Positions 50,702 to 61,713 of a DNA stretch of 64,000 bases are shown here, in pieces (position 1 is the stretch's first letter; each line of letters opens with the position of its first letter). A model generated the notes under the pieces. That model was not told where the DNA came from. It searched no databases and saw only the letters and a program-made list of their open reading frames with translations. Origin of the DNA: an uncultured delta proteobacterium (GTDB taxonomy: Bacteria > Desulfobacterota > Desulfomonilia > UBA1062); contig CAWCTR010000014.1 of assembly GCA_963798485.1 (NCBI GenBank), positions 256,001-320,000 of the forward strand, given 5' to 3'. The translations under genes were made by a program, and so were the position numbers.

Positions 50702-52696
50702 TTAACGAGGTTGTTTTGTAACCGGCGCTCTGCCCAACAACAGACTATGAAGTTGTGAAAGAGTCTCAGCAATGTCATACCGTGCCTTGCTTGACAAAGG
50801 ATTAAGGGATAGTGCAATCTGATATGCTGCAACAGCCTGTTGCTTATCACCCTTCCTGATATATATCTCCGCAAGCTTTACATGGAGATCAGAATTCCTT
50901 GGCTCTATCTTCAATGCTTCCTTCACCTGAGACATGGCATCATCGGCTCTACCTATCTTCAACCATGCATCTGCGAGATTAATGCGGACGTTTATATTAT
51001 CAGGATTCGTCTCAAGTGCTTTAAGATAGTGCCGGACAGCTTCATTGAGATTGCCCTTTTCAACTAGGAGTAATCCAAGGTTATTATGGGCATTTTCATG
51101 CAAAGGGGACCTTTTCAAGACCTCACGATACTGCCTGATAGCCTCATCTTTTCTCCCCATGTCAGCGAGTGCAACACCCATGTTGTAATATGCCTCGAAA
51201 TAGCCGGGCTTGATCCTCAAACATTCCCGGTAATGGTCAAAAGCCTCTCTATAAAGCTTCTTGCTTGCAAGGGCCAATCCCAGGTTGCACTGGGCATTTA
51301 CGTAATCGCTCCTCAGTCTGATGGACTCCCGGTCATGTTTTATGGCCCCTTCCACATCCCCTCTTTCAAAAAGGGCTACCCCAAGGCTGTTTTGAGCCAG
51401 ATAATTGTCTCTATTCACAGCAAGGGCATGGCTGAACAAGGTCTCACTGTCTTTCCAGATCGATACCTGGTGCCATGACAGCCATGATAGAAGCAGCAAC
51501 AAAGAGACAGATGCCGCACACCAAGCTGCCTTGAAATAGCCTTGCCTGCCGAGGATGTCTTCAAGACCCCACACAGCCATGATGAATATGCCGATCGAAG
51601 GAATGTAGGTATACCGGTCCGCCATGGACTGTGATCCCACCTGCACGAGACCAATGACAGGTATCAGTGTTACAACATACCAGAACCAACCAGTGATCAG
51701 GTAGGGCCACTTTTTTGCTGTTGCGACTGCTATAATACTCACTGCAATAAGAAATATGAAGCATATACACACAATTATCAGGTTGAAATGCTTCGGATAC
51801 GGGTAAAATACCGAAAGGTTCAATGGCCATACCATTTTCAGGAGATAGTCTGCATAGGATATGATGGCATTCTGGATCCTCATTGTCAGGCCCAGCCGGT
51901 CCAGAGAGCTCACTGCCCCTCCTGCAGACTGTGCATAGAATGTTTCGCCACAGGCTGCAAAAGCCATTATGATGAGGGGAATCTTTTCCAGAAAAAGAAA
52001 CTGTATGGCTTCATGGTCTCTTATTACCGGCTGAGTTCGAACATTCTCAATGATATTTGAAGGATTTAAAATGAACTTTTTACTCCTGAGCGGCCAAAAG
52101 TCTAAGAGCAACAGTACGAAGGGCATTGTCACGAGCATGGGCTTTGCCATGAGCCCGAGGAGGAATAAAGAGGTAACCAGTAGATATCGGTTAATGTTGC
52201 GGCGCTGGACATACCAGTGGTAGCCGAGCATGGTGAGAAGCCAGAACAAAGTGCTCAGTACGTCCTTGCGCTCGGATATCCAAACCACGGATTCCACATG
52301 GAGTGGGTGCAGGGCAAAGAGTGCAGCAACGAATGCGCTCTTCCAGAGTGTCCCGGTCATCCTTTCAATGACGATAAAGAGCAGAATGGAGTTCAACATG
52401 TGGAGAAAGACATTGGTAAGGTGGTGCATGCCAGGGCGCATGCTGTACAACTCAACATCCACCATGTGGGAGATCCAGGTGAGGGGATGCCAGTTTGAGG
52501 CATATACAACGCTAAAAGCCCACTTTGTTCCTTGCCAGCTGATCCCATGCTTGATAATGGGGTTGTCTTTAACATATACAGGGTCGTCGAAGTTTATAAA
52601 ATCAAAACTGATTACTTGATAGTACACAGTGAATACCGATACTGCAATAATCAAGGATAAGATAGCTTTCATCCAGGACTTATTGGTTGTTTCCAT
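50702..52696 (-). CDS. TMTC-like GT-C glycosyltransferase with TPR repeats (paralog 2)
   Basis: FINFDD, NWHPLTWISH, HPLHVESV.WISERK, QSMADRYTYIP; TPRs; lacks the YYNIAC tail. Confidence 0.85.
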   Translation of the reverse strand: METTNKSWMKAILSLIIAVSVFTVYYQVISFDFINFDDPVYVKDNPIIKHGISWQGTKWAFSVVYASNWHPLTWISHMVDVELYSMRPGMHHLTNVFLHMLNSILLFIVIERMTGTLWKSAFVAALFALHPLHVESVVWISERKDVLSTLFWLLTMLGYHWYVQRRNINRYLLVTSLFLLGLMAKPMLVTMPFVLLLLDFWPLRSKKFILNPSNIIENVRTQPVIRDHEAIQFLFLEKIPLIIMAFAACGETFYAQSAGGAVSSLDRLGLTMRIQNAIISYADYLLKMVWPLNLSVFYPYPKHFNLIIVCICFIFLIAVSIIAVATAKKWPYLITGWFWYVVTLIPVIGLVQVGSQSMADRYTYIPSIGIFIMAVWGLEDILGRQGYFKAAWCAASVSLLLLLSWLSWHQVSIWKDSETLFSHALAVNRDNYLAQNSLGVALFERGDVEGAIKHDRESIRLRSDYVNAQCNLGLALASKKLYREAFDHYRECLRIKPGYFEAYYNMGVALADMGRKDEAIRQYREVLKRSPLHENAHNNLGLLLVEKGNLNEAVRHYLKALETNPDNINVRINLADAWLKIGRADDAMSQVKEALKIEPRNSDLHVKLAEIYIRKGDKQQAVAAYQIALSLNPLSSKARYDIAETLSQLHSLLLGRAPVTKQPR

Positions 52697-52890
52697 TGCT
52701 TCTCCGCACCTTTTTTTCAATAACATAACTTTGATGAGTAATAAGTGAAAACCAGTGAATACTCAACAATAAGATAGAATACATAAGTGATAGTACGGTC
52801 TTATGATTTTAAGCACAAATTCTTTCGCTTCAATCTATGGAAATATATACATGCCTTATTTGTGTAGATATTTCTAATTAGATAAATATA

Positions 52891-55170
52891 ATGATCATGC
52901 ACATAAGATACTTATGCGTAGTTCAAAAAATAATTAGATACCGAATGGAACACACCATGGAGATCTCAAATAGATTTTATAAGATATTATGTATTTGCCT
53001 GCTGCTTACTGTTGCAATACTTTCTATATATTGGCAGGTGACGGGTTTTGATTTCATAAACTTTGATGACCCCAGTTATATAACTAAGAACTATGTTATC
53101 AAGCAAGGATTTACCCTTAATGGAATCCGATGGGCATTTTCAACAAATTATGCAGCTAATTGGCATCCATTGACTTGGATTTCACATATGCTCGATATAG
53201 AGCTGTTCGGATTAAATCCAGGATTACATCATCTAACTAACTTGGTGTTTCATGTTATTAATTCCGTTTTACTCTTTTTAGTTTTCGAGAGAATGACCGG
53301 TGCGATTTGGAGGAGCGCTGCGGTGGCTGCTCTTTTTGCTCTTCACCCCTTCCATGTGGAGTCGGTAGCATGGATCGCAGAACGTAAGGATGTGCTAAGC
53401 ACCTTTTTCTGGATACTCACTATGATGGGTTATGTATGGTATGTTAAATGCCGCAGCTTACCAAGATACATCGTTGTGGCTCTATTATACATTCTCGGAC
53501 TCATGTCCAAGCCAATGTTGGTGACTCTGCCGTTCGTATTGCTCTTTCTGGATTACTGGCCTTTGAACAAGATGAACCAAGCTGATCTGGGAAAGTCAAA
53601 CAGTTGCCATGAAAAAGATATGGAAAGGTATAGAGAGAAAAACTCACGGGTTTCAGTACTTTTTCTTGAGAAAATACCACTTATTGTCTTTTCAATTATT
53701 GCATGCTGCATCACCATTTATGCGCAGAAAAGCTGGAAGGCGGTTGGATCTCTTGAGAAACTGCCAATTGATTTTCGGATAATCAATGCAATAGACTCTT
53801 ATGTCATCTATCTTGTGAAGATGTTTTGTCCGATTAATCTTGCAATATTTTATCCTTATCCTGATAAATTTTTGCCCTTAGTTGTAATACTATGTGCCTT
53901 GCTTCTCTTGCTGGTCACGCTCCTCGTTCTGCTTATGGCGAAGAAACTGCCCTATTTAATGGTGGGATGGTTTTGGTACCTAGGAACTCTCGTCCCAGTG
54001 ATTGGGTTCGTACAAGTGGGTTCTCAGTCAATGGCAGACCGTTATACTTATATACCCCTTATAGGAATATTCCTTATGATGGTATGGGGTGTTGAATTCC
54101 TATCCAGGCGTCTGCGTAATGGGAAGGTCATCTTCGGGACTGCTTCTGTGGTTGTAATTATTTTACTTATGATTTTCACGTGGGTACAAGTCGGTTATTG
54201 GAAAAACAGTGAGACACTTTTCAAGCATGCATTTCAAGTCACTACAGACAATTATGTGGCGCACAATAACCTTGGGCTTGTCTTTTTAGACAAGGATGAT
54301 CTTGATGGGGCCATCAGAGAGTTCCAAGAGGCTTTGCAGATAAGGCCGAACTTCACGTCTTATAATGGACTTGGGGTTTGCTTCACATTAAAGAATGAGA
54401 TGGGACGTGCTGTTGAGTATTATTCAAAAGGGTTGCAGTTCGAACCTTACAATATCGACATCCATATGAATTTAGGCATTCTCTTGACATCTCTCGGCAG
54501 AATTGATGAAGCTATTCGTCATTTCAATGAAATCCTCATGGTGTATCCGGATAACATAAGGGCTCACTTTAATTTAGGTAAAGCTCTCATACAGGCGGGA
54601 AATGTGCAAGGGGCTATCACCCAGTTTAAGGAAGTACTGCATATAGATCCCACCCAAGTGGAAGCGCGAGATTATCTTGAAAAAGCAATGAAATCTATGG
54701 GAAGAACTGAAGAATTAATAGCAGGCTTGAATAAGTTAATAATAGTTGAACCCAAAAACGTGGCGCTGCACACTCGACTCGGCGACCTCTTTCGACAACA
54801 GGGCGATTATGATAAAGCCGCCTCTCAATACAGAGAAGCAATCTCGATTCAACCCAAATTCATTCAGGCTATGAACGGTCTAGTGCTGGTTTATTCCAAT
54901 CGCCAAGAGTATACAAAGGCACTTGATGTGTTACACGGTATGAAGCAGATCCAGCCTGATAATCCAGCAGTCTACTATAACATTGCATGTATCTATGCTA
55001 AGCAGAATATGAGTGATAAATCTATTGAATACCTGAAACAGTCAATTGACAAGGGATTTCACGATTGGGAACTGATTAAAAGAGACCCTGATCTTGCTAG
55101 CATTAGAAACACAGCTTTTATAAATGAATTGATAAAAAATCACACTACTGTCCCAACGTTAATCGAATAA
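52891..55170 (+). CDS. TMTC-like GT-C glycosyltransferase with TPR repeats (paralog 3)
   Basis: FINFDD, NWHPLTWISH, ESVAWIAERK, QSMADRYTYIP; TPRs; YYNIAC tail; true start may be slightly downstream. Confidence 0.85.
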   Translation: MIMHIRYLCVVQKIIRYRMEHTMEISNRFYKILCICLLLTVAILSIYWQVTGFDFINFDDPSYITKNYVIKQGFTLNGIRWAFSTNYAANWHPLTWISHMLDIELFGLNPGLHHLTNLVFHVINSVLLFLVFERMTGAIWRSAAVAALFALHPFHVESVAWIAERKDVLSTFFWILTMMGYVWYVKCRSLPRYIVVALLYILGLMSKPMLVTLPFVLLFLDYWPLNKMNQADLGKSNSCHEKDMERYREKNSRVSVLFLEKIPLIVFSIIACCITIYAQKSWKAVGSLEKLPIDFRIINAIDSYVIYLVKMFCPINLAIFYPYPDKFLPLVVILCALLLLLVTLLVLLMAKKLPYLMVGWFWYLGTLVPVIGFVQVGSQSMADRYTYIPLIGIFLMMVWGVEFLSRRLRNGKVIFGTASVVVIILLMIFTWVQVGYWKNSETLFKHAFQVTTDNYVAHNNLGLVFLDKDDLDGAIREFQEALQIRPNFTSYNGLGVCFTLKNEMGRAVEYYSKGLQFEPYNIDIHMNLGILLTSLGRIDEAIRHFNEILMVYPDNIRAHFNLGKALIQAGNVQGAITQFKEVLHIDPTQVEARDYLEKAMKSMGRTEELIAGLNKLIIVEPKNVALHTRLGDLFRQQGDYDKAASQYREAISIQPKFIQAMNGLVLVYSNRQEYTKALDVLHGMKQIQPDNPAVYYNIACIYAKQNMSDKSIEYLKQSIDKGFHDWELIKRDPDLASIRNTAFINELIKNHTTVPTLIE

Positions 55171-55384
55171 AGTCAGCTGGTTGACTAGTACTGCCTCTGG
55201 AACTTGACCATTTGAATCTGTAAGTGCTTGTCTTATACCTATTCATCAAGACTGTTGATCTTGAATCTAGGGTATTGTATTAAAGAGATTGAAGTATTAC
55301 ACAACAGATTGTTGTAATGGAGATTGTTGTACTGGCATATGTTCAATTTAGATCAAATAAAGTTAGTCATTCTGGAGCATCGAG

Positions 55385-57625
55385 ATGTTTTTGGCAACTA
55401 TAACCCAATTCTCTACATCTTGGAGAAATCTGCAAGAAACATCAAGACGTTTATTTCTCTTGCCTTTAATTTGTACAATCCTCGCAGCTTTAACATTTAT
55501 GGTCTATTGGCAAGTAAGGGGCTTTGGCAGTATCAACTTGGATGATGGCTTATATGTATTTGGAAACCATTTCGTCAGACAGGGTATTAATCTAGCCGGC
55601 ATTAAGTGGGCCTTTACTTCTGTATACGCAGACAATTGGCACCCGTTAACTTGGATCTCTCATATGATAGATATTCAGCTTTTTGGGATCGATCCAGGAA
55701 TGCACCACATCACCAACGTTATTTTTCATATATTAAATACCGTATTACTTTTCATCTTACTAGAAAGGATGACTGGAGCATTATGGAAGAGTGCTATGGT
55801 AGCAGCTCTCTTTGCTCTACATCCTCTTCATGTAGAATCAGTTGCATGGATATCAGAACGTAAAGACTTGTTGAGTACGTTTTTTTGGATAGTCACCACA
55901 ATGGGGTATTTCTGGTATGTGAAGAATAGGAGCATATCGAGGTACCTCATTATAATCCTCTTTTATATCCTTGGACTCATGTCCAAACCCATGTTGGTTA
56001 CCTTGCCGTTTGTTCTTCTGCTCCTCGACTTTTGGCCATTAAATCGGCTTAATATTATTGAGATCGAAGATAATAATTCAACTAAAAATGTCAATAAAAC
56101 AATTGGATCTGATGGCATGAGAAGGGTTTTAATATTATTAATAATAGAGAAAATACCGCTCATCTTATGTGCGCTGATATCATGCGGCATTACCATATAT
56201 GCACAGAAAAGTTGGGGTGCTGTGAGCTCCCTATATAGATTCCCCATCGAGACGAGATTAGCAAATGCTCTTACTTCTTACATAGCTTATCTCTGGAAAA
56301 TGGTTTGGCCCGTAAACCTAGCTATATTCTATCCTTATCCGGATTTCTTTAATCCCCTTAAGGTTGTTCTTTGCGCCCTATTTCTTTTAATCATATCTGC
56401 CTTAGCTATGTATAATGCAAGGAAACTCCCTTATCTCTTTGTGGGGTGGTTATGGTATATCGGGACTTTAGTGCCCGTTATTGGAATTGTACAGGTGGGA
56501 GGCCAGTCAATGGCGGATAGGTATTCTTATATCCCGCTTATAGGATGTTTTTTGATGATTGTATGGGGTGTTGCTGGTTACTTCAATAATTGGCACCATG
56601 GGAAGATAATAAATGGATTCATAGCACTTTCCGTTCTCTTTATCTTAGTCCTTATTATTTGGAGACAGATTGGATATTGGAAAAATACAGAAACACTCAT
56701 TAGACATACAATTGCTGTAACAGAAAATAATTATATGGCTCATCATCAACTTGGATGTATCTTGTTCAGTAAAGGTGATCTGGATGGCGCTATCAAGGAG
56801 TATCGAGTTGCTCTGCAGGCCAAACAAATCGCAGAAGCTTATAATGGTCTTGGAAATGCGTTCGGTGCTAAAAATGATATAGGTAATGCTATTGACTGTT
56901 ATTTAAAAGGGTTGCAGATTAATCCATACGATATTAGTATTCTTTATAATCTAGGATATCTTCTGGCATCAATGGGTAAAACGGTTGAGGCCACTCAATA
57001 TTTCAACAAGTTGTTCAAGATTAACCCATACAACATTGAAGCCCACAATGCATTTGGTAATGCTTTACTTCGGAATGGGAAAGTTAATGAGGCGATCAAT
57101 CAATTTAATGAAACGCTCCGTCTGAATCAACAAGACCAGGAGGCACAGAGAGGAATAAAAGAAGCTAAAGTAATCCAGAAAAACTCTGAATCCTTAGTAG
57201 CCAAAATAAATGTATTGATTAAGACAGATCCTCATAATCCTGCACTGTATACAAAATTGGGCGACATCTACTATCAATTAGGTGAATATTATGGGGCTAT
57301 TGTTCAATATAAGAAAGCACTCTCAGTTCAACCGAAATTTATAAGTGCCTTAGAGAGGCTGGTCAATATTCACGTTGACAGACAAGAGTACGGGGAAGCC
57401 CTAGATATACTCCAGAACATAAGACAATTACAACCTGATAAACCTGATGGATATTATAATATTGCGTGTATCTATGCAAAACAGGAGAAGATCAATGAAT
57501 CTATTTACTGGTTGAAACAGTCTGTAGATAAAGGTTTCCACGATTGGGATCTTTTAAGAAAAGATCCTGACTTGGCAATCATCAGAAACACATCTTATGT
57601 TAATGAATTAATGAAGAATCATTAA
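55385..57625 (+). CDS. TMTC-like GT-C glycosyltransferase with TPR repeats (paralog 4)
   Basis: INLDD, NWHPLTWISH, ESVAWISERK, QSMADRYSYIP; TPRs; YYNIAC tail. Confidence 0.85.
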   Translation: MFLATITQFSTSWRNLQETSRRLFLLPLICTILAALTFMVYWQVRGFGSINLDDGLYVFGNHFVRQGINLAGIKWAFTSVYADNWHPLTWISHMIDIQLFGIDPGMHHITNVIFHILNTVLLFILLERMTGALWKSAMVAALFALHPLHVESVAWISERKDLLSTFFWIVTTMGYFWYVKNRSISRYLIIILFYILGLMSKPMLVTLPFVLLLLDFWPLNRLNIIEIEDNNSTKNVNKTIGSDGMRRVLILLIIEKIPLILCALISCGITIYAQKSWGAVSSLYRFPIETRLANALTSYIAYLWKMVWPVNLAIFYPYPDFFNPLKVVLCALFLLIISALAMYNARKLPYLFVGWLWYIGTLVPVIGIVQVGGQSMADRYSYIPLIGCFLMIVWGVAGYFNNWHHGKIINGFIALSVLFILVLIIWRQIGYWKNTETLIRHTIAVTENNYMAHHQLGCILFSKGDLDGAIKEYRVALQAKQIAEAYNGLGNAFGAKNDIGNAIDCYLKGLQINPYDISILYNLGYLLASMGKTVEATQYFNKLFKINPYNIEAHNAFGNALLRNGKVNEAINQFNETLRLNQQDQEAQRGIKEAKVIQKNSESLVAKINVLIKTDPHNPALYTKLGDIYYQLGEYYGAIVQYKKALSVQPKFISALERLVNIHVDRQEYGEALDILQNIRQLQPDKPDGYYNIACIYAKQEKINESIYWLKQSVDKGFHDWDLLRKDPDLAIIRNTSYVNELMKNH

Positions 57626-57629
57626 GATA

Positions 57630-57920
57630 TCGGTCCAACTTCACTACCGAATCCAGGTATATCACCCTATAGAACCCCATGTCATTTTTAAAGATATGTT
57701 CAAAGTTTTTTTCCTGCATCAAATCTTTTTCTTTCAATTCCGGGATAAGAGGTGAACAGACCAAGTAAAGATCTAGAAATAAGATATTTACAAACAAACA
57801 TGCAATAATATGTTCATTATGAATGAAATGAAATGTGCTCAAAACTACAAAACCCCAAAAGGTGAATAACAATGCATATCCAATTGATGTTGAGCTTAAT
57901 GGTACTCCTTGTAAGATCTC
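57630..57920 (-). pseudogene. Fragment of a membrane protein, possibly YfhO-like
   Basis: Open frame with two TM segments then FLDLY...P...KNDMGFYRV; no good start; weak resemblance only. Confidence 0.3.
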
Positions 57921-58023
57921 TTTTCAAGAACCTCTATGATTTTTTGATTGACTGTGATTAACTTTTCTATTTTAAATATAATTTAGTTTTGAACATTATT
58001 GAATTATTTTTGTTGAGGTAAAT

Positions 58024-59697
58024 GTGCCACCAGCAAATAAATCGATAAAAAGTTATATTTTAATACCTATTCTATTTTTTATTACTTTAGCAATGAGCAG
58101 TTTATCTATAAAATATAACAACCAATTAGGGATGCTGGGCGGTCTTTCAGAAGAATATTATGTTATCGGCCTACATTTTTTTCAAACTGGGTCACTGTGT
58201 TCTAATTATGAATACCCCATTTCGACTTCAGTTTTTAGACCCCCTGGGTACTCGTTTTTTATTGGTACAGTTATAAAAGTATGGGGTGAAATAACCCATA
58301 ATGATAGTGCATTACGGCATAAGAATACTGAAATGGATCCCAAAGCAGTAAATCAATCAGCGGACGCTATCTTTTTTGCGCAGGCCCTGTTATTATCACT
58401 ATCCACCGTTGTTCTTTATATTTGGCTTTCAACTTATATATCTTTAAGTAACTCATTTATAATATCTCTCATCTTTGGTTGTAATCCGTATATGATAATA
58501 ATGACTGGCCTCATGCATTATGAAATATTGCATATATTTCTGATAATTATTTCAACCTACAGCCTTATTTATATAATTGATAAACATAGTGATAGCAGAT
58601 GGAAAATGATATTACCTGGAATATTATGGGGGCTTGCAACCCTTACAAGACCTACCACACTTATATTACCAGCATTTGTTTTTCTATTATTTTGTATAAT
58701 ATTCAAAAAATCAAAGAAAAAGATAGCTACACTAAGTTTGTTATTCATACTTGGTATGAGTATTGCGATCATGCCATACACCGTAAGAAACTATATCATC
58801 ACAAAAGAATTTATCCCAGTTAACGCACAGGGTGGATTAGCATTATATGCCGGAACAGTCACAAAATTTGAAAGAATCCCCAATCATTATAGATGGTGGA
58901 CTGTTATGTTTAAATATGTATGTCCGATATATTTTAGGGAGATTCATGATCCTCTGGATGATCCTCGATTGTGCAAAAGTAAATACCAAGAGCATGCATT
59001 GCAACTTGATAGTGTATTCAAAAAAGAAGCCATAAATAACATTATTAATAATCCCCAAATATATTTTTATAACACTTTAATTAATTTTGTTACTATTAAC
59101 CTTGATATAAATTCTGTCTTTATTAAACTATTTCAAGCAAAACAAGACACTTATAAAGATAAGGATATAGAATATAATTGGAGTATTCCTGGAAATCCTC
59201 AAACATTCTATTCATCTGACGGGCAGACTGTATTTGGGTTTTTCATATATACACTTGAGTTATTAAGTTTATTTGGAATAATTATCTTTATAAAGAAGTC
59301 ATATAATACTTATCATTCTTCCAGGAATCACATTAAATCTGAGATATCTGGCTTAAATACTCCTATGACAAGGAAAATGAGAAAAGAAATGATACGGGAA
59401 ATGGCTAATCAAGAACCTGAAAACACTTCTAAAGAATTGTCAGAATCGTTTTGGTTAGAAAATACATGGTTTCTAGTTTCAATTATGATATATTTAACCA
59501 TTTGTATAGCTCACTCTATAACCTACATTGACTTAATGCATTATTACAATAAGGTTCCATTTTTATTTATATTTACTGGTTATTTCCTCAATGAGATGGA
59601 TAAATATCAGTTAACCAGCGAAATTAAATTATCAAGTATATTTTCTATGTCTTTACTAATGTATGGAATATTATTAATCTTAATAATAATTCTTTAA
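58024..59697 (+). CDS. ArnT/PMT-like GT-C membrane glycosyltransferase (very AT-rich gene)
   Basis: EEYY acidic loop, FRPPGY, GLATLTRP, PYTVRNY, GLALYAG; multiple TMs. Confidence 0.75.
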   Translation: MPPANKSIKSYILIPILFFITLAMSSLSIKYNNQLGMLGGLSEEYYVIGLHFFQTGSLCSNYEYPISTSVFRPPGYSFFIGTVIKVWGEITHNDSALRHKNTEMDPKAVNQSADAIFFAQALLLSLSTVVLYIWLSTYISLSNSFIISLIFGCNPYMIIMTGLMHYEILHIFLIIISTYSLIYIIDKHSDSRWKMILPGILWGLATLTRPTTLILPAFVFLLFCIIFKKSKKKIATLSLLFILGMSIAIMPYTVRNYIITKEFIPVNAQGGLALYAGTVTKFERIPNHYRWWTVMFKYVCPIYFREIHDPLDDPRLCKSKYQEHALQLDSVFKKEAINNIINNPQIYFYNTLINFVTINLDINSVFIKLFQAKQDTYKDKDIEYNWSIPGNPQTFYSSDGQTVFGFFIYTLELLSLFGIIIFIKKSYNTYHSSRNHIKSEISGLNTPMTRKMRKEMIREMANQEPENTSKELSESFWLENTWFLVSIMIYLTICIAHSITYIDLMHYYNKVPFLFIFTGYFLNEMDKYQLTSEIKLSSIFSMSLLMYGILLILIIIL

Positions 59698-59903
59698 AAA
59701 TATGGTCTAAGATTCTAAAAAGGGTATCCATTGTTCAATAGCCGGATGGCTCACTATATTACTACTTTTCATTATAATGTTCCCCTACCGTGATCTTCCC
59801 GATTATCATTGGTACAGTCATTAGGGGATCACTATAATTATTCCAATTCTCAAAAATATAATATTACGAAACCATTTTCCTTAAAGGTGATTTTGCGATA
59901 ATT

Positions 59904-60109
59904 GGTCACTAAAGCGTACCTGGACTCATGCAGAGCATAGATTTTCAGTTTAAGGAATTCTTTATCCCTGTAGCCATAAGCCTGTTTTTGAAGCGTTTTG
60001 ATTTTGTGTTGTTTGTACCCTCCAGAGGGCCGGTCGATATGGGGTAATCATAATAAGCTAATATCCCTCGGCGATGTATGAGAAGAGTGTTTGCAAAGTG
60101 AATAAGCTT
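59904..60109 (-). mobile_element. ISL3 family transposase C-terminal remnant (frameshifted)
   Basis: Hand translation HFANTLLIHRRGILAYYDYPISTGPLEGTNN / IKTLQKQAYGYRDKEFLKLKIYALHESRYALV. Confidence 0.8.
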
Positions 60110-60193
60110 GTAACTATTAGGTTATTAAGCCTACTAACACTAATCTCTTATATAATAGTATCAACGTAATCATAAGTTTATTAAAATTCGTAA

Positions 60194-60839
60194 CAATCTT
60201 TTTACAATTTGTATCTGACAAGGGCATAATCAACTTTCACTTTACCTAAGTTCAATAAACTATAAACCTCGCCGATTCCTGGTGCGAAATAAGAGATACC
60301 CTCGAAATGTTGCGATCCATTACTCGCCTGGAAGGATACTTTGAGACATTTTACATACTTTTTGTCATTCAATTCGACAGTTTCTATCTTCTCTGCTTTA
60401 AATTGTGTCTGGACGTCTGATGTCTTTGTCGTCCAGATATTCCCTACCTTCATCGGAAATGGCGTCGTTAAATATTCTTGCCTCGTTTTGTCATCTATTT
60501 TGTAGATACCCTCTTTTGCCCTTCTGTTGTAACTGACATGTGTCCCAGCACCTGGTACCCCTTTTGTAAGAGTGATTTGCTTATAGTATGTCTTCCCATT
60601 GATGGTCTCTTCACCACCAATTTGGATTAGCATTCCTCCCGTCTGTACCCCTTCAGGGGCTGAATACCTTATACCGTATGCCCATTGTGCTCCATTAGAG
60701 CCTTTTGGGTAGTAGATATCACCCTGGGGTTGTCCCTGTGGTTGTTTAGAGCATGCAGACAGAGTCAATAAGGTTATAATGATCATATAAACAAGTCTTC
60801 GCTGCATGTTTCTCTCCTTTTATCAATTTATCAAAAGTA
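60194..60839. repeat. Direct repeat copy 2 (~645 bp)
   Basis: Near-identical to 45451-46096. Confidence 0.95.
60202..60807 (-). CDS. Beta-rich lipoprotein, copy 2
   Basis: Identical protein to 45459..46064. Confidence 0.85.
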   Translation of the reverse strand: MQRRLVYMIIITLLTLSACSKQPQGQPQGDIYYPKGSNGAQWAYGIRYSAPEGVQTGGMLIQIGGEETINGKTYYKQITLTKGVPGAGTHVSYNRRAKEGIYKIDDKTRQEYLTTPFPMKVGNIWTTKTSDVQTQFKAEKIETVELNDKKYVKCLKVSFQASNGSQHFEGISYFAPGIGEVYSLLNLGKVKVDYALVRYKL

Positions 60840-61171
60840 TTAAATAGTTGATTCATATATCTAGAATAAAGTCAAGTCTCCATTTTTCTAAATTAGTCTT
60901 AAAAAGGCCTATTTTTTAATAATGTCATCATTCCTAAAAGGTATCAGTTAATGATTACAAATTGTTACTGGTTAGTAACATAGGTTAGGAGATCATATAA
61001 AATGGAAGAGAAACAGCCACTAATCAGCCTGGCCATAAACTATAATTTGCCCATAAGCGAGGCAAGGGACCACGATGTTCAATGTCATAAACATCATTAA
61101 GGCGACCCAGTGATAACAAGATCTATATTTTTCTGACGTGATGAATCATCCCACAACTTGATGCTGTTAAT

Positions 61172-61561
61172 TCAATCGGCCGGGATTGTAAACTCAAGTA
61201 CAGCAGGTGTTCCGCCTTTTTGAGACATAGTATTTTCTTTTAAAGAATCAATGTAGATAGTGGCATCAAATATATCAGTACTATCACCGAGAAGTGTTGC
61301 AGAAAGGTACAAATAAGTTCCGGTTTTTGCATAAAATGAATATGTCCAAGATTTGTTCGTCACATTTACACTTGGAAGTTCCACGGTTTTGCCATCCTCG
61401 TCGATATAGGTAATAGAGACAGGATTGCTGGAATATGTGCTTACTTCATACTGTACATAATGCATATCACTAGACTGGGTACTGCCTCCGCCACTTCCCC
61501 CACACCCGGTCAAGGTTATGATGAGAATATACACTAAGATTATTTTACTAAGGTTCTCCAT
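61172..61561 (-). CDS. Small Ser/Thr-rich lipoprotein with probable Ig-like beta-sandwich
   Basis: Lipobox LTGC, GGSGGGS linker, alternating beta pattern (YEVS, ITYID, WTYSF, LYLSA). Confidence 0.7.
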   Translation of the reverse strand: MENLSKIILVYILIITLTGCGGSGGGSTQSSDMHYVQYEVSTYSSNPVSITYIDEDGKTVELPSVNVTNKSWTYSFYAKTGTYLYLSATLLGDSTDIFDATIYIDSLKENTMSQKGGTPAVLEFTIPAD

Positions 61562-61660
61562 AAATGACCTTTTGGTTATTTAATTGTCTCACAAGGGAAC
61601 CTGTAAGACAAGATTATTGATTGTACAGGGGGAAAACAACCTTCCACTTCCTTCCTATTA

Positions 61661-61677
61661 AAGGCATTGCCTTTGCT
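61661..61677 (+). promoter_or_regulatory. Putative sigma-54 (-24/-12) promoter
   Basis: aaGGcattgcctttGCt with GG-N10-GC spacing and TTGC, about 37 bp before ATG 61714. Confidence 0.45.
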
Positions 61678-61713
61678 GATGATAGGACTATAATAATACT
61701 GAGATAAAGAGTT

